A DNA stretch of 64,000 bases from an uncultured Rikenella sp. (GCA_964537135.1 CAZHZC010000002.1:31700-95699); one strand, 5' to 3'; numbered from the stretch's first letter, positions 18,603 through 30,898 are shown. The notes: generated by a model not told the origin, from the sequence alone. Numbers and translations are program-made.

Positions 18603-19427
18603 ATGGCAGTCAGAAAGATAAAGCCTGTAACACCAGGCCAGAGACATAAGATCGCGAGCTCATTCTCGGAGATCACCAGCAACACGCCTGAAAAGTCACT
18701 GCTGGCACCGCTGAAGAGGTCAGGCGGCAGGAACTCCAGGGGCAGGATGACCATCAGAAATGTTGGCGGAGGCCACAAGAAGATGTACCGGGTTATTGAC
18801 TTCAAAAGGACCAAGGATGGTATCCCGGCAACGGTGACCTCAGTGGAGTATGACCCCAACCGCTCGGCACGTATAGCACTCATCACCTACAGTGATGGTG
18901 AAAAGAGATATATAATTGCCCCATCAGGTATCAGGGTGGGACAGGAGGTGCTGTCAGGAAGGGAGGCACCACCCGAGGTGGGTAATGCACTCTTTCTGGA
19001 GAATATACCCCTGGGAACAATAGTGCACAACATTGAGCTCAAGCCGGGGAGGGGAGGAGCACTGGCACGCAGTGCAGGAACCTATGCACAGCTGGCAGCA
19101 CGTGACGGCAAGTATGCCACCATCAAGCTGCCCTCAGGTGAGACACGTATGGTGCTCACCTCATGCAGGGCCACCATCGGTTCAGTATCCAATCCTGACC
19201 ACAACCAGGAGATATCCGGCAAGGCAGGACGCCGCCGCTGGCTGGGACGCAGACCCCGAACCAGGGGTGTGGCAATGAACCCGGTTGACCACCCGATGGG
19301 TGGAGGTGAGGGGAAAGCCTCAGGAGGGCACCCCAGGTCACGCAGCGGAATGCCATCAAAGGGGTACAAGACCAGGAATAAGAGAAAGTATTCCAACATA
19401 CATATCATTGAAAGAAGGAAAAAATAG
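18603..19427 (+). CDS. rplB: 50S ribosomal protein L2
   Basis: 274 aa [15 protein letters not shown]...[12 protein letters not shown]. Confidence 0.98.
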   Translation: MAVRKIKPVTPGQRHKIASSFSEITSNTPEKSLLAPLKRSGGRNSRGRMTIRNVGGGHKKMYRVIDFKRTKDGIPATVTSVEYDPNRSARIALITYSDGEKRYIIAPSGIRVGQEVLSGREAPPEVGNALFLENIPLGTIVHNIELKPGRGGALARSAGTYAQLAARDGKYATIKLPSGETRMVLTSCRATIGSVSNPDHNQEISGKAGRRRWLGRRPRTRGVAMNPVDHPMGGGEGKASGGHPRSRSGMPSKGYKTRNKRKYSNIHIIERRKK

Positions 19428-19435
19428 TTGATACA

Positions 19436-19702
19436 ATGAGCAGATCAATCAAAAAAGGCCCGTTCATCGACCTGCACCTCATGAAAAAGGTGGATGCGAT
19501 GAATGATAGCGGAAAGAAGACTGTGATCAAGACCTGGTCAAGAAGATCAGTTATCTCACCTGACTTTGTGGGGCACACCCTGGCAGTACACAACGGAAAC
19601 AAGTTTATCCCGGTATATATCACCGAAAATATGGTGGGACATAAACTGGGTGAGTTTGCCCCGACACGCATATTCCGCGGTCATGGAGGGAAACAGAGGT
19701 AG
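19436..19702 (+). CDS. rpsS: 30S ribosomal protein S19
   Basis: 88 aa [19 protein letters not shown]...[11 protein letters not shown]. Confidence 0.98.
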   Translation: MSRSIKKGPFIDLHLMKKVDAMNDSGKKTVIKTWSRRSVISPDFVGHTLAVHNGNKFIPVYITENMVGHKLGEFAPTRIFRGHGGKQR

Positions 19703-19737
19703 GGTGATAAGCTATATCAACTGAAAAACCAACAGAA

Positions 19738-20157
19738 ATGGGTGCAAGAAAAAGAATAAGCGCAGAAAAAAGGAGGGAGCAGGCCAAAGAGAGAACACAG
19801 GCCGTACTACGGAATGTGCCCACCTCACCACGCAAGATGAGGCTGGTGACAGACCTTATCAGGGGTGAAGAGGTGAACAGAGCCCTCGATATCCTCAGGT
19901 TCAGCAAGCAGGCAGCCTCACGAAGGGTGGAAAAGCTGCTGCTGTCAGCCATAGCCAACTGGCAGGCAAAGAATGAAGGGGTGCGCCTCGAAGAGAGTGA
20001 CCTCTACGTCAAAGAGGTCTCAGTAGACAGCGGACGAATATTGCGGCGTATAAGACCAGCCCCCCAGGGACGGGCATACCGCATCAGGAAGAGATCAAAC
20101 CATGTGACCCTGGTGTTGGGAAGCAGGAAACAGGAAGTAGAAAACATTTCAGAATAA
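19738..20157 (+). CDS. rplV: 50S ribosomal protein L22
   Basis: 139 aa with [14 protein letters not shown]...[21 protein letters not shown]. Confidence 0.96.
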   Translation: MGARKRISAEKRREQAKERTQAVLRNVPTSPRKMRLVTDLIRGEEVNRALDILRFSKQAASRRVEKLLLSAIANWQAKNEGVRLEESDLYVKEVSVDSGRILRRIRPAPQGRAYRIRKRSNHVTLVLGSRKQEVENISE

Positions 20158-20160
20158 ATA

Positions 20161-20889
20161 ATGGGACAAAAAGTTAATCCGATTGGCAACAGGATAGGAA
20201 TCATCAGAGGATGGGACTCGAACTGGTATGGTGGCAGTGACTTCTCGGCAAAACTGGTTGAAGATGCAAAAATCAGAGAGTATCTCAATGCCAGGCTGGC
20301 CAAGGCCAGTATCTCAAAGATCATTATCGAACGTACCCTCAAGCTGATCACTGTCACCGTCAACACCGCACGCCCCGGTATCATTATCGGGAAGGGCGGA
20401 CAGGAGGTTGACAAGCTCAAGGAGGAGCTCAAGAAGATCACCGGCAAGGAGGTGCAGATAAACATCTTCGAGGTGAAGCGCCCTGAGCTCGATGCAGCTA
20501 TTGTTGCCAATAACCTGGCACGCCAGATAGAGGGTAAGATCTCATACCGCCGCGCCATCAGAATGACCATCGCATCAACCATGCGGATGGGGGCTGAAGG
20601 GATAAAGATCGTTATCTCAGGACGCCTTGGCGGAGCTGAGATGGCACGCAGTGAGACATACAAGGATGGGAGAATACCACTTCATACATTCCGTGCAGAT
20701 ATTGACTACGCCCTGGCTGAGGCACTCACAAAGGTGGGCCTGATAGGAATAAAGGTGTGGATATGCAACGGTGAGGTGTATGGCAAACGTGACCTGAGCC
20801 CAAACGTAGGAGCAAAGAGCATGAAGGGAGGAAGGACACCGTCAGGAGGATACCGCAAGAGGTCAGGAAGTAAGAAAGATGCCAGATAG
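20161..20889 (+). CDS. rpsC: 30S ribosomal protein S3
   Basis: 242 aa [20 protein letters not shown]...[10 protein letters not shown]. Confidence 0.98.
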   Translation: MGQKVNPIGNRIGIIRGWDSNWYGGSDFSAKLVEDAKIREYLNARLAKASISKIIIERTLKLITVTVNTARPGIIIGKGGQEVDKLKEELKKITGKEVQINIFEVKRPELDAAIVANNLARQIEGKISYRRAIRMTIASTMRMGAEGIKIVISGRLGGAEMARSETYKDGRIPLHTFRADIDYALAEALTKVGLIGIKVWICNGEVYGKRDLSPNVGAKSMKGGRTPSGGYRKRSGSKKDAR

Positions 20890-20926
20890 GCAGTGACAAT
20901 AGTTAAAAGTAATATATAACCAAGCG

Positions 20927-21346
20927 ATGTTACAACCGAAGAAGACCAAGTACAGGAGGAGCCAAAAGGGCAAAATGAAAGGCAATGCCCAGAGAGGCAA
21001 TCAGCTGGCATTCGGATCATTTGGTATCAAGGCCCTCGAGGAGGCATGGATCACCGGACGGCAGATAGAGGCGGCACGACAGGCAGTGACACGCCATATG
21101 AAGCGTGAAGGACAGATCTGGATACGAATATTCCCGGACAAGCCGATAACAAAAAAACCGGCAGAGGTGAGAATGGGTAAGGGAAAAGGGTCACCTGAAG
21201 GATTCGTGGTACCCGTTTCTCCCGGACGAATAGTGATTGAGGCTGAGGGGGTACCCATCGATCTGGCAAGAGAGGCACTACGCCTGGCAGCAGCTAAACT
21301 GCCCGTAGCTACAAAGTTTGTGGTACGCCATGACTATGCAGAGTAA
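20927..21346 (+). CDS. rplP: 50S ribosomal protein L16
   Basis: 139 aa [15 protein letters not shown]...[11 protein letters not shown]. Confidence 0.98.
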   Translation: MLQPKKTKYRRSQKGKMKGNAQRGNQLAFGSFGIKALEEAWITGRQIEAARQAVTRHMKREGQIWIRIFPDKPITKKPAEVRMGKGKGSPEGFVVPVSPGRIVIEAEGVPIDLAREALRLAAAKLPVATKFVVRHDYAE

Positions 21347-21358
21347 AATATCAGAACG

Positions 21359-21562
21359 ATGAAAAGCGCAGAGATAAAGGAATTAAGCGACCAGGAACTT
21401 CTCGAACGAATAGATAATGAGAAGGTGGCACTGGTGAGAATGAGACTGAACCATGCAATCTCACCCCTTGAAAATCCACAAAAGATCAAGGAGAGCAGAC
21501 GAACCATCGCAAGGCTCATGACTGAGAAACGTAAACGAGAGAAGAACGAGAAATCAAAATAG
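21359..21562 (+). CDS. rpmC: 50S ribosomal protein L29
   Basis: 67 aa MKSAEIKELSDQELLERI. Position between rplP and rpsQ. Confidence 0.93.
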   Translation: MKSAEIKELSDQELLERIDNEKVALVRMRLNHAISPLENPQKIKESRRTIARLMTEKRKREKNEKSK

Positions 21563-21577
21563 CCCTATACCAGCATC

Positions 21578-21835
21578 ATGGAAGAAAGGAATCTTAGAAA
21601 AGAGCGTACAGGTATTGTCGTCAGCAACAAGATGGACAAGTCTATTGTGGTGGCAATACACCGTAAAGTCAAGCACCCCATCTACGGTAAGTTCATCAGC
21701 CGCACAAAGAAGCTGATGGCCCACGATGAGGAGAATACCTGCAATATAGGTGATACTGTGCGCATAATGGAGACCAGGCCTCTCAGTAAAAATAAAGCCT
21801 GGAGATTGGTGGAAGTAATCGAAAGAGCTAAGTAA
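21578..21835 (+). CDS. rpsQ: 30S ribosomal protein S17
   Basis: 85 aa ...[19 protein letters not shown]...HPIYGK...HDE. Confidence 0.96.
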   Translation: MEERNLRKERTGIVVSNKMDKSIVVAIHRKVKHPIYGKFISRTKKLMAHDEENTCNIGDTVRIMETRPLSKNKAWRLVEVIERAK

Positions 21836-21837
21836 TT

Positions 21838-22203
21838 ATGATACAGCAGGAAAGCAGGTTGAATGTAGCTGATAACAGTGGCGCCAAAGAGGTGCTCTGT
21901 ATCAGGGTGCTCGGCGGAACCAGAAAGAGGTATGCCAGGGTGGGTGACAAGATAATTGTAACCATCAAGAGCGCAATGCCATCCGGCGAAGCAAAGAAAG
22001 GTACAGTCAGCAGGGCAGTGGTTGTGAGAACAAAGAAGGAGATAAGAAGGCCTGATGGCTCATATATCCGCTTTGATGACAATGCCGTGGTTCTCCTGAC
22101 AAACCAGGATGAGGTGCGCGGAACACGCATATTCGGACCGGTAGCCAGGGAGCTGCGTGACAAGTATATGAAGATAGTATCACTTGCACCTGAAGTGTTA
22201 TAA
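21838..22203 (+). CDS. rplN: 50S ribosomal protein L14
   Basis: 121 aa [27 protein letters not shown]. Confidence 0.98.
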   Translation: MIQQESRLNVADNSGAKEVLCIRVLGGTRKRYARVGDKIIVTIKSAMPSGEAKKGTVSRAVVVRTKKEIRRPDGSYIRFDDNAVVLLTNQDEVRGTRIFGPVARELRDKYMKIVSLAPEVL

Positions 22204-22221
22204 CAAATAAAACCACACCCG

Positions 22222-22545
22222 ATGCACAATAAGTTACATATCAAAAAGGGAGACACGGTAGCAGTCATTGCAGGTGAATCAAAAGGACAGAAAGGACGTG
22301 TCCTGAAAGTATACCGCGATAAGGAGAAGGCAGTGGTGGAGGGAATAAACCTGGTATCAAAGCATACCAAGCCCAATGCCAAGGCACCACAGGGTGGAAT
22401 ACTCAGGAAGGAGGCACCCATACATATCTCTAACCTTATGGTGGTAGACCCGGCAAGCGGTAAACCGACACGTATCGGCCGGAGGCTCAATGAGAAAAAT
22501 AAACTGGTACGTTATGCCAAAAAATCAGGAGAGGAGATCAAGTAA
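22222..22545 (+). CDS. rplX: 50S ribosomal protein L24
   Basis: 107 aa ...[24 protein letters not shown] (KOW motif). Confidence 0.96.
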   Translation: MHNKLHIKKGDTVAVIAGESKGQKGRVLKVYRDKEKAVVEGINLVSKHTKPNAKAPQGGILRKEAPIHISNLMVVDPASGKPTRIGRRLNEKNKLVRYAKKSGEEIK

Positions 22546-23090
22546 TGTATAGCCCCGCTTTAAAGACCAGATACAATAAGGAGATTGTGCCTGCACTGAT
22601 GAAACAGTTCAATTACAAGACTGTGATGCAGGTACCAAGGCTTGAGAAGATAGTGATCAGCCAGGGCCTCGGACAGGCTATTGCTGACAAGAAACTGCTC
22701 GAGATGGGACAGAAGGAGGTGAGTGATATTGCCGGACAGAAGGCAGTGCAGACAATCTCAAAGAAAGACGTCTCAAACTTCAAGCTGAGGAAAAAAATGC
22801 CCATCGGAGTGATGGTGACACTGAGAAGGGTCAAAATGTATGAGTTCCTCGAGAGACTCATTGCCGTTGCACTGCCAAGGATACGTGACTTCAAAGGGGT
22901 CAGCGCCAGACTCGACGGCCATGGCAACTACACCATGGGAATTACTGAACAGATAATATTCCCGGAGATAGATCTTGACAAGATTGCAAAGATCATGGGG
23001 ATGCAGGTCACCTTCGTTACCAACGCCAAGAGTGATGAAGAGGCTTTTGCACTGCTGAAAGAGTTCGGAATACCCTTTAAAAACAAGTAA
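22545..23090 (+). CDS. rplE: 50S ribosomal protein L5
   Basis: 181 aa ...[14 protein letters not shown]...[21 protein letters not shown] overlap with rplX. Confidence 0.97.
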   Translation: MYSPALKTRYNKEIVPALMKQFNYKTVMQVPRLEKIVISQGLGQAIADKKLLEMGQKEVSDIAGQKAVQTISKKDVSNFKLRKKMPIGVMVTLRRVKMYEFLERLIAVALPRIRDFKGVSARLDGHGNYTMGITEQIIFPEIDLDKIAKIMGMQVTFVTNAKSDEEAFALLKEFGIPFKNK

Positions 23091-23102
23091 ACAGATTATA
23101 AT

Positions 23103-23372
23103 ATGGCTAAGGAATCAATGAAAGCCCGTGAGGTTAAACGTGCCAGACTAGCAAAACGGTATGCCGCAAAAAGAGCTGCGCTGAAGGCTGAAGGTGACTA
23201 TATCGCCCTGAGCAAGCTGCCACGCAACTCAAACCCCATACGGCAGAGAAACCGCTGTAAGCTGACCGGAAGACCAAGGGGCTACATGAGACAGTTTGGC
23301 ATCAGCAGGATCACCTTCAGGGAGATGGCTTCCAAGGGGCTGATCCCGGGGGTAAGAAAAGCAAGCTGGTAA
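23103..23372 (+). CDS. rpsN: 30S ribosomal protein S14
   Basis: 89 aa [13 protein letters not shown]...[26 protein letters not shown]. Confidence 0.97.
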   Translation: MAKESMKAREVKRARLAKRYAAKRAALKAEGDYIALSKLPRNSNPIRQRNRCKLTGRPRGYMRQFGISRITFREMASKGLIPGVRKASW

Positions 23373-23408
23373 CAGAGCAGAAATAAACACAATTAATCAT
23401 ACCAAGAG

Positions 23409-23804
23409 ATGACAGACCCAATAGCAGACTTTCTTACCAGAGTAAGGAACGCCATAATGGCCGGCCATAAAGTGGTTGAGACACCCGCTACCGGCCTGAC
23501 AAAGAATATCACACGGATACTTTATGATAAAGGTTATATCCTGAGCTATAAATTTATTGATGATAACCTGCAGGGCCGGATAAAGATAGCACTGAAGTAC
23601 CACCCCAGAACCAAGCTGCCTGCCATAAAGGAGATACAGAGGGTGAGCCGGCCCGGACTGAGAAAGTATGCCGGAGTGGATGAGCTTCCGAGGGTCCTTA
23701 ACGGACTGGGAATAGCAATACTCTCAACATCAAGAGGTGTCATGACCGAAAAGGAGGCGATCAGGGAGAATGTCGGAGGTGAAGTAATTTGTTATGTCTA
23801 CTAA
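23409..23804 (+). CDS. rpsH: 30S ribosomal protein S8
   Basis: 131 aa MTDPIADFLTRVRNA...GGEVICYVY. Confidence 0.98.
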   Translation: MTDPIADFLTRVRNAIMAGHKVVETPATGLTKNITRILYDKGYILSYKFIDDNLQGRIKIALKYHPRTKLPAIKEIQRVSRPGLRKYAGVDELPRVLNGLGIAILSTSRGVMTEKEAIRENVGGEVICYVY

Positions 23805-23819
23805 ACATGAGGAGGTGAA

Positions 23820-24374
23820 ATGTCACGAATAGGAAAACTGCCCATAAACCTGCCATCAGGCGTTACCATCACGGTTGATGATGGCAACGTTGTCACTGTC
23901 AAGGGGCCGCTGGGCTCCCTCTCACAGAAGATAGACAGTGAGATAAGGGTTGAGGTTGAAGATAATACCGTCACACTTGCCAGACCAAATGATGAGAAAC
24001 GGTTCAAGTCGTTGCACGGACTCTATAGGGCACTTATCGCCAATATGGTGACAGGGGTGTCAGAAGGGTATAAAAAGCAGCTCGAGCTGGTGGGCGTGGG
24101 ATACCGGGCCGAAGCAAAGGGACAACTGCTGGAGATGAGCCTGGGCCTCTCACATGATATCGTCATTGAACTGCCGCAGGAGATACAGGTGGAGACCAAG
24201 ACCGAGAGAAGAAGCAACCCTGTAATAACCCTTTCAAGTATTGACAAACAGCTCATAGGACACGTTGCGGCAAAGATCAGGTCACTGCGCCCGCCCGAAC
24301 CATACAAAGGAAAAGGTATCAAGTTTGTTGGCGAACAGCTGAGAAGAAAGGCAGGCAAATCGGCCGGCGTGTAA
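23820..24374 (+). CDS. rplF: 50S ribosomal protein L6
   Basis: 184 aa MSRIGKLPINLPSGVTI...PEPYKGKGIKF. Confidence 0.98.
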   Translation: MSRIGKLPINLPSGVTITVDDGNVVTVKGPLGSLSQKIDSEIRVEVEDNTVTLARPNDEKRFKSLHGLYRALIANMVTGVSEGYKKQLELVGVGYRAEAKGQLLEMSLGLSHDIVIELPQEIQVETKTERRSNPVITLSSIDKQLIGHVAAKIRSLRPPEPYKGKGIKFVGEQLRRKAGKSAGV

Positions 24375-24394
24375 CATGATAAAAATCTGAAATC

Positions 24395-24754
24395 ATGGCT
24401 TTATCAAAAAGAGAGAGAAGAGAAAAGATCAGACTGAGGATCAGAAAACGGATCAGGGGAACAGCCTCCAGACCCAGACTATCAATCTACCGTAGCAATA
24501 AGGAGATATATGTGCAGGCTGTCGATGATATCAACGGACTGACATTGGCCTCAGCATCCTCAAAAGAGAAAGAGATAGCCTCCGTAAATGGTGTCACCAA
24601 GAGTGAGATAGCCGGTATGGTGGGAAAGAGAGTGGCAGAGATATGCCGGGAGAAAGGAATTGAAGAGGTGATCTTCGACAGAGGCGGATATAAATATCAT
24701 GGCAGAGTAAAATCATTAGCTGACGGAGCACGCGAAGGCGGCTTAAAATTCTAA
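24395..24754 (+). CDS. rplR: 50S ribosomal protein L18
   Basis: 119 aa ...[16 protein letters not shown]...[26 protein letters not shown]. Confidence 0.97.
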   Translation: MALSKRERREKIRLRIRKRIRGTASRPRLSIYRSNKEIYVQAVDDINGLTLASASSKEKEIASVNGVTKSEIAGMVGKRVAEICREKGIEEVIFDRGGYKYHGRVKSLADGAREGGLKF

Positions 24755-24759
24755 CCAGT

Positions 24760-25275
24760 ATGACATACGGAATAACGAGAGTAAAGAACAGCGACCTGGA
24801 GCTTACCGACAGACTGGTAAGTATACAGAGAGTAACCAAGGTGACCAAGGGGGGACGTACCTTCAGCTTCTCAGCCATAGTGGTGGTGGGTGATGAAAAG
24901 GGTATAGTGGGGCACGGACTGGGTAAGGCCAGTGAGGTGACCACAGCTATAGCCAAAGGTATTGAAGATGCCAAGAAAAACCTGCTCAAAATACCGGTAC
25001 ACAAAGGTACCATACCGCATGAGCAGGAGGGTAAGTTTGGTGGTGCAAGAGTGTTTATCAAGCCTGCCACCGAAGGTACCGGTATCAAGGCCGGAGGAGC
25101 CATGCGTGCAGTGCTCGAGAGCGCCGGAGTGAAGAATGTGCTTGCCAAATCAAAGGGGTCATCAAACCCGCACAACCTGGTGAAGGCAACAATAGCTGCA
25201 CTGCTCGAACTGCGTGACGCCCGTACGGTGGCTGACCACAGAGGCATCACAATGGAAAAGGTGTTTAACGGATAG
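24760..25275 (+). CDS. rpsE: 30S ribosomal protein S5
   Basis: 171 aa ...[26 protein letters not shown]. Confidence 0.98.
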   Translation: MTYGITRVKNSDLELTDRLVSIQRVTKVTKGGRTFSFSAIVVVGDEKGIVGHGLGKASEVTTAIAKGIEDAKKNLLKIPVHKGTIPHEQEGKFGGARVFIKPATEGTGIKAGGAMRAVLESAGVKNVLAKSKGSSNPHNLVKATIAALLELRDARTVADHRGITMEKVFNG

Positions 25276-25290
25276 TAAGATCAGATTATC

Positions 25291-25470
25291 ATGGCTAAAG
25301 TGAGAATAACCCAGGTAAAAAGTAAGATAGGGCAGCCCGAGAAACATAAGAGGATACTCGCAGCACTCGGACTGAGAAAGATGCACCAGACAGTAGAGCA
25401 TGAAGAGAGCCCTGAGATAATGGGTATGGTCAGAAAACTGCAGCACCTGGTGAAGGTGGAGAGACTCTAG
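25291..25470 (+). CDS. rpmD: 50S ribosomal protein L30 (below the ORF-track length cutoff)
   Basis: My own translation: MAKVRITQVKSKIGQPEKHKRILAALGLRKMHQTVEHEESPEIMGMVRKLQHLVKVERL*, 59 aa, stop TAG 25468-25470. Canonical slot between rpsE and rplO. Confidence 0.93.
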   Translation: MAKVRITQVKSKIGQPEKHKRILAALGLRKMHQTVEHEESPEIMGMVRKLQHLVKVERL

Positions 25471-25497
25471 GCTATTAACAATATTATATAAACCACA

Positions 25498-25944
25498 ATG
25501 GACTTAAGTAATTTAAAACCGGCCCCCGGATCGGTAAAAAAGGTGAAGCGGATAGGCAGAGGTGAAGGGTCTGGATATGGAGGAACCTCAACACGCGGCC
25601 ATAAAGGAGCCAAGTCACGCTCAGGGTACAGCAGGAAGAAAGGATTTGAAGGCGGACAGATGCCCCTGCAGAGAAGGGTGCCTAAGTCGGGGTTTAAAAA
25701 TATCAACAGGGTTGAGTACAAAGCTATCAACCTCAGTACACTCGAGGCGCTGTCACTAAAGCTCGACACCACACATATCGACCATCAGACACTCCTGGCT
25801 GCCGGACTGGTGAGCAAGAACACACTGGTGAAGATACTGGGTAACGGAGTGCTTACAAGAAAGCTGGAGGTGCATGCACACGCGTTCAGCAAGGCCGCAC
25901 AGGCTGCCATCGAAGCAAATCAGGGAACAGCAGTTAAACTGTAA
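25498..25944 (+). CDS. rplO: 50S ribosomal protein L15
   Basis: 148 aa [37 protein letters not shown]. Confidence 0.97.
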   Translation: MDLSNLKPAPGSVKKVKRIGRGEGSGYGGTSTRGHKGAKSRSGYSRKKGFEGGQMPLQRRVPKSGFKNINRVEYKAINLSTLEALSLKLDTTHIDHQTLLAAGLVSKNTLVKILGNGVLTRKLEVHAHAFSKAAQAAIEANQGTAVKL

Positions 25945-25947
25945 GGA

Positions 25948-27276
25948 ATGAAATTTATCCAGACCATAAAGAACATTTTCAAGATAGAGGATCTCAGGGA
26001 GCGGATCATCTATACCTTCGCCATTGTGGCACTCTACCGCCTGGGCAAGTATGTGACCCTGCCCGGCGTAGACCCCTCAATGCTCGATGCGCTGGGCAAA
26101 CAGACCTCATCAGGTATAATGGGGCTGCTCGATATGTTCTCGGGAGGAGCCTTCTCAAAGGCCTCTATATTTGCTCTCGGAATAATGCCTTATATATCGG
26201 CATCAATCGTTATACAGCTGCTGGGAATAGTGTTTCCCTACTTCCAGAAGCTGCAGAAAGAGGGTGAGAGCGGCCGGCGCAAGATGAACCAGTACACCAG
26301 GTACCTGACAGTGGCCATCCTGCTGCTGCAGGCACCCACCTATCTGACAAACCTGCACCATATCCTCCCGCCGGAGGCATTCGTGATACCAGGAACCTTC
26401 TTCCAGATATCTTCGGTGATCATATTGACGGCTGGTACAATATTTGTTATGTGGTTAGGTGAGCGGATCACCGACAAGGGTATTGGAAACGGTATCTCAC
26501 TCATTATTATGGTGGGTATCCTTGCCCGGTTCCCGGTGGCTATCATCTTTGAGGCCGGCGTACGCTGGAATGGTACCGGCGGGCCGGTAGCACTGCTGAT
26601 AGAGCTGGTGTTCCTCTTTGCCGTTATACTGGGTGCGGTGCTGCTGGTACAGGGTACACGACGTATACCGGTACAGTATGCAAGACGTATCGTGGGCAAC
26701 AAGCAGTATGGCGGCGTCAGGCAGTACATACCGCTCAAGGTGAACGCAGCAGGCGTTATGCCTATCATATTTGCACAGGCCATAATGATGCTGCCGGTCA
26801 TACTGGCAGGGTTCAGAGAGTCAGGCTCAGGCTTCGTGATAGCCTTTACAAATATGTACGGCTTCTGGTATAACCTGGTGACGGCAATACTGATCATCCT
26901 CTTTACATACTTCTATACCGCAGTGACCATCAACCCGGTACAGATGGCAGAAGATATGAAGAAGAATGGAGGGTTCATACCGGGCATCAAACCGGGAAGA
27001 AAGACGGTTGAGTTCCTTGATACCGTCATGTCACGGATAACACTGCCCGGATCAATGTTCCTGGCAATCATTGCCATACTACCGGCATTTGCCGTCAACC
27101 TGGGAGTAAGCGGCGAGTTTGCACAGTTCTTTGGTGGCACCTCACTGCTCATACTGGTGGGTGTGGTGCTCGATACATTGCAGCAGATAGAGAGCCATCT
27201 GCTTATGCGCCACTATGACGGCCTGATGAAGACAGGCAGGGTCAAGGGCAGGACAGGAGCCGTTACGGCTATTTAA
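25948..27276 (+). CDS. secY: preprotein translocase subunit SecY
   Basis: 442 aa with 10 TM pattern. ...FSGGAFSKASIFALGIMPYISASI...GISLII. Confidence 0.97.
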   Translation: MKFIQTIKNIFKIEDLRERIIYTFAIVALYRLGKYVTLPGVDPSMLDALGKQTSSGIMGLLDMFSGGAFSKASIFALGIMPYISASIVIQLLGIVFPYFQKLQKEGESGRRKMNQYTRYLTVAILLLQAPTYLTNLHHILPPEAFVIPGTFFQISSVIILTAGTIFVMWLGERITDKGIGNGISLIIMVGILARFPVAIIFEAGVRWNGTGGPVALLIELVFLFAVILGAVLLVQGTRRIPVQYARRIVGNKQYGGVRQYIPLKVNAAGVMPIIFAQAIMMLPVILAGFRESGSGFVIAFTNMYGFWYNLVTAILIILFTYFYTAVTINPVQMAEDMKKNGGFIPGIKPGRKTVEFLDTVMSRITLPGSMFLAIIAILPAFAVNLGVSGEFAQFFGGTSLLILVGVVLDTLQQIESHLLMRHYDGLMKTGRVKGRTGAVTAI

Positions 27277-27293
27277 TGTGACTACGTTCTTTG

Positions 27294-28070
27294 ATGATAT
27301 ATCTTAAGAGTGATGCTGAGGTTGAGCTGCTGAGAGAGAGCAATATGCTCGTCTCAAAGACGCTGGCAGAGGTGGCCCGCCACATAGCCCCGGGGATGAC
27401 AACCCTCAGGCTCGATGCCATCGCCGAAGAGTTCATTCGTGATCATGGTGCCCTGCCGGCCTTCAAGGGCTATGCAGGATTCCCCAACACCCTCTGTACC
27501 TCTGTCAATGATGAGGTGGTACATGGCATACCTTCACAGTATGAGCTGCGCGACGGAGATATTGTCTCGGTTGACTGCGGGGTGGTGATGAACGGGTTCT
27601 ATGGTGACACAGCCTTTACCTTTACCGTGGGAGAGGTGACACCCGGAATTCTGAGACTGCTGACCTATACACGCCAGTCGCTCGAGGCAGGTGTGGAGGA
27701 GGCAATAGCCGGGAACCGTATCGGTGACATCTCAAACGCCATACAGAAAAAGGCGGAGAGCGGTGGATACTCGGTAGTGAGAACACTGGTAGGACACGGT
27801 ATAGGAAGAGCACTCCATGAGTCACCCGAGGTGCCTAACTTCGGGAAGAGGGGAACAGGAGTGAAGATGGAGAGAAACCTGGTCATCTGTATTGAACCGA
27901 TGATCAATATGGGTACAAAAAATACACGGATAGGTGACGACGGGTGGACAGTGACCACCGGCGACGGCAAACCATCAGCACATTTTGAATACGCTGTTGC
28001 GGTCAGGGAGGGGAAAGCTGACCTGCTCTCAACATACAGTTATATTGAGGAAGTTTTAAATAAGAGGTAA
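27294..28070 (+). CDS. map: type I methionyl aminopeptidase
   Basis: ...VHGIP...GDIVSVDCG...[10 protein letters not shown]...CIEP...EH metal-ligand pattern. ATG 27294 preferred; TTG 27291 is in the ORF track. Confidence 0.95.
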   Translation: MIYLKSDAEVELLRESNMLVSKTLAEVARHIAPGMTTLRLDAIAEEFIRDHGALPAFKGYAGFPNTLCTSVNDEVVHGIPSQYELRDGDIVSVDCGVVMNGFYGDTAFTFTVGEVTPGILRLLTYTRQSLEAGVEEAIAGNRIGDISNAIQKKAESGGYSVVRTLVGHGIGRALHESPEVPNFGKRGTGVKMERNLVICIEPMINMGTKNTRIGDDGWTVTTGDGKPSAHFEYAVAVREGKADLLSTYSYIEEVLNKR

Positions 28071-28074
28071 GTAT

Positions 28075-28293
28075 ATGGCGAAACAACCATCCATAGAGAT
28101 TGACGGAACGATTATCGAGGCCCTCTCAAACGCAATGTTCAGGGTGAAACTCGAAAACGGGCATGTCATCACTGCCCACATATCGGGGAAGATGAGGATG
28201 CACTATATCCGAATCCTCCCGGGTGACAGGGTGAAGATTGAGATGTCACCATATGACCTTACCAAAGGAAGAATAACATTCAGGTTCAAATAG
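28075..28293 (+). CDS. infA: translation initiation factor IF-1
   Basis: 72 aa [41 protein letters not shown]. Confidence 0.98.
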   Translation: MAKQPSIEIDGTIIEALSNAMFRVKLENGHVITAHISGKMRMHYIRILPGDRVKIEMSPYDLTKGRITFRFK

Positions 28294-28307
28294 AAAATAA
28301 GAGTGCG

Positions 28308-28424
28308 ATGAAAGTAAGAACATCAGTGAAAAAACGGTCGGCCACATGTAAGATCGTAAGACGTAATGGCCGTCTGTATGTGATAAATAAGAAAAATCCC
28401 AGGTTCAAACAGAGACAGGGATAA
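28308..28424 (+). CDS. rpmJ: 50S ribosomal protein L36 (below the ORF-track length cutoff)
   Basis: My own translation: [38 protein letters not shown], 38 aa, TAA 28422-28424. Canonical slot after infA. Confidence 0.95.
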   Translation: MKVRTSVKKRSATCKIVRRNGRLYVINKKNPRFKQRQG

Positions 28425-28430
28425 TTTGAT

Positions 28431-28438
28431 TAACTTTG
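28431..28438 (+). promoter_or_regulatory. internal -7 promoter box TAACTTTG ahead of the alpha-operon genes
   Basis: Exact TAnnTTTG match, 22 nt upstream of rpsM ATG 28461, in the rpmJ-rpsM spacer. Confidence 0.45.
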
Positions 28439-28460
28439 CACTTCAAATTAAAAGAGGCAT

Positions 28461-28838
28461 ATGGCACGTATTCATGGAGTAGACCTTCCGAGACACAAAC
28501 AGGGCGAGATTGCGCTAACCTATATATATGGGGTGGGGCGAAGCACTGCACAGAAGGTGCTTGACCAGGCAGGGGTAGACCGGCATATGAAGGTGGAGGA
28601 TTGGAATGATGACAATATCAATTCCATCCGTCAGATTCTGGCTGAGAACTATAAACTGGAGGGTGAGCTGCGCTCAGAGACACAGCTCAACATCAAAAGA
28701 CTGATGGATATCGGATGCTACAGGGGCATACGACACCGCATCGGGCTGCCGGTCAGAGGACAGAGCACCAAGAACAACGCACGGACAAGAAAAGGACGTA
28801 AGAAAACCGTGGCAAACAAGAAAAAAGCTACTAAATAA
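28461..28838 (+). CDS. rpsM: 30S ribosomal protein S13
   Basis: 125 aa [26 protein letters not shown]. Confidence 0.98.
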   Translation: MARIHGVDLPRHKQGEIALTYIYGVGRSTAQKVLDQAGVDRHMKVEDWNDDNINSIRQILAENYKLEGELRSETQLNIKRLMDIGCYRGIRHRIGLPVRGQSTKNNARTRKGRKKTVANKKKATK

Positions 28839-28845
28839 GTAACCA

Positions 28846-29235
28846 ATGGCAAAGAAGACTGGGACATCAAAGAAGAGGGTCGTAAAGGTTGAACCTGTGG
28901 GACAGGCTCATGTTCATTCGTCATTCAACAATATAATCGTAACTCTTACCAACAGCTCAGGCCAGGTGATCTCATGGGCATCAGCCGGAAAGATGGGGTT
29001 CAAAGGCTCAAAGAAGAATACACCCTATGCTGCACAGATGGCAGCCGAAGAGTGTACAAAGACAGCCTATGATCTGGGACTGAGAAAGGTTAAGGTATTT
29101 GTCAAGGGGCCGGGCTCAGGACGTGAATCGGCTATACGGGCCATATCCAACAGTGGGGTGGAGGTGACAGAGATCGTTGACGTCACCCCGATGCCACATA
29201 ACGGATGTCGCCCGCCGGCAAGAAGAAGGGTCTGA
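28846..29235 (+). CDS. rpsK: 30S ribosomal protein S11
   Basis: 129 aa ...[18 protein letters not shown]...[16 protein letters not shown]. Confidence 0.98.
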   Translation: MAKKTGTSKKRVVKVEPVGQAHVHSSFNNIIVTLTNSSGQVISWASAGKMGFKGSKKNTPYAAQMAAEECTKTAYDLGLRKVKVFVKGPGSGRESAIRAISNSGVEVTEIVDVTPMPHNGCRPPARRRV

Positions 29236-29277
29236 CCGAGACCGATAGTAACCACAACATTATAACATTACATTGCA

Positions 29278-29886
29278 ATGGCAAGATATACTGGACCCAG
29301 ATCAAAAATAGCCCGCAAATTCGGAGAACCAATTTTTGGACCTGACAAACATCTCGACAAGAAGAATTACCCTCCCGGACAGCATGGCATGAACAGGAGG
29401 AGAAAAAAGACATCGGAATATGGCATTCAGCTGCGTGAGAAGCAGAAGATGAAATATACCTATGGCCTCCTCGAGAGACAGTTCCGCAACCTCTTTAAAA
29501 AAGCGGCATCAGCATCAGGTGTGACAGGCCTTGTACTGCTGCAGCTGCTCGAGTCACGTCTTGACAATGTGGTCTACAGACTCGGTGTAGCCCCTTCAAG
29601 GGCAGCAGCACGCCAGCTGGTGTCACACCGGCATATCACCGTTAACGGTAATGTGGTGAACATACCCTCATACCTGCTCAAACCGGGCGATATTGTGGGG
29701 GTGCGTGAGAAGTCAAAATCACTCGAGGTGATAGTCGATAACCTGGGAGCAGACCGCAGATCAAAGATGTCATGGCTCGAATGGGATGATACCCAAATGG
29801 CCGGGAAATATATCAGTGTGCCCGAACGCACCGAAATACCCGAAGAATTTAAGGAGCAGCTTATAGTTGAACTCTATTCAAAGTAA
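29278..29886 (+). CDS. rpsD: 30S ribosomal protein S4
   Basis: 202 aa [21 protein letters not shown]...[13 protein letters not shown]. Confidence 0.98.
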   Translation: MARYTGPRSKIARKFGEPIFGPDKHLDKKNYPPGQHGMNRRRKKTSEYGIQLREKQKMKYTYGLLERQFRNLFKKAASASGVTGLVLLQLLESRLDNVVYRLGVAPSRAAARQLVSHRHITVNGNVVNIPSYLLKPGDIVGVREKSKSLEVIVDNLGADRRSKMSWLEWDDTQMAGKYISVPERTEIPEEFKEQLIVELYSK

Positions 29887-29905
29887 TTTAAGTAACAATA
29901 GTCAT

Positions 29906-30898
29906 ATGGCCATATTAGCATTCCAGAAACCTGATAAAGTAATCTTACTGGAGGCAGACGACCAGTACGGAAAGTTTGAATTCCGCCCGCTTGAACCGGG
30001 ATATGGTATCACCGTAGGTAATGCTCTCAGAAGAATCCTGATCTCCTCACTCGAGGGATATGCCATCACCACAGTGAAGATAGAGGGCGTAGACCATGAG
30101 TTCACAACTATCACCGGCGTGATAGAGGATGTGACCGAGATCATCCTCAACCTGAAACAGGTACGCTTCAAGAGAATGATAGAGGATGTTGATGAGGAGA
30201 AGATTATGGTTAAGATATCAGGGCAGGAGGCGTTCAGGGCAGGTGACCTGAATAATGCACTCAGCAGCTTTGAGGTGCTCAACCCTGACCTGGTGATCTG
30301 TAATATGGAACCCGATGTCAGACTGCAGTTTGAACTCAGTATAGCCAAAGGGAGAGGATATGTGCCGGCAGAAGAGAACCAGCCCGAAGAGGCTGAGTTC
30401 GGACTGATAGCCATGGACTCAATCTTTACGCCGGTAAGAAATGTGAAGTACTCGGTAGAGGACTACAGGGTTGAGCAGAAGACCGACTATGAGAAGCTGA
30501 TAATTGAGATAAAGACCGACGGCTCAATACATCCGAAAGAGGCACTGAAAGAGGCAGCAAAGATATTGATCTACCACTTCATGCTCTTCTCCGAAGAGAA
30601 GATCACCATCGACTATGAAGATAAGCTCTCACATGAGGAGTTTGATGAGGAGATATTGCATATGCGTCAGCTGCTCAAGACTAAGCTGGTTGACCTTGAC
30701 CTCTCGGTGAGGGCACTGAACTGCCTCAAGGCAGCAGAGGTAGACTCACTGGGTGACCTGGTGAAATTCAATAAGAATGACCTGCTTAAGTTCAGGAACT
30801 TCGGAAAGAAGTCACTGACCGAACTTGAAGAGCTGCTCGAGTCGATGAATATCTCATTCGGGATGGATGTCTCAAAGTATAAACTCGATAAAGAATAA
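29906..30898 (+). CDS. rpoA: DNA-directed RNA polymerase subunit alpha
   Basis: ATG 29906 gives [12 protein letters not shown]...[29 protein letters not shown]-terminal domain ...[16 protein letters not shown]. The ORF-track start 29867 overlaps rpsD. Confidence 0.97.
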   Translation: MAILAFQKPDKVILLEADDQYGKFEFRPLEPGYGITVGNALRRILISSLEGYAITTVKIEGVDHEFTTITGVIEDVTEIILNLKQVRFKRMIEDVDEEKIMVKISGQEAFRAGDLNNALSSFEVLNPDLVICNMEPDVRLQFELSIAKGRGYVPAEENQPEEAEFGLIAMDSIFTPVRNVKYSVEDYRVEQKTDYEKLIIEIKTDGSIHPKEALKEAAKILIYHFMLFSEEKITIDYEDKLSHEEFDEEILHMRQLLKTKLVDLDLSVRALNCLKAAEVDSLGDLVKFNKNDLLKFRNFGKKSLTELEELLESMNISFGMDVSKYKLDKE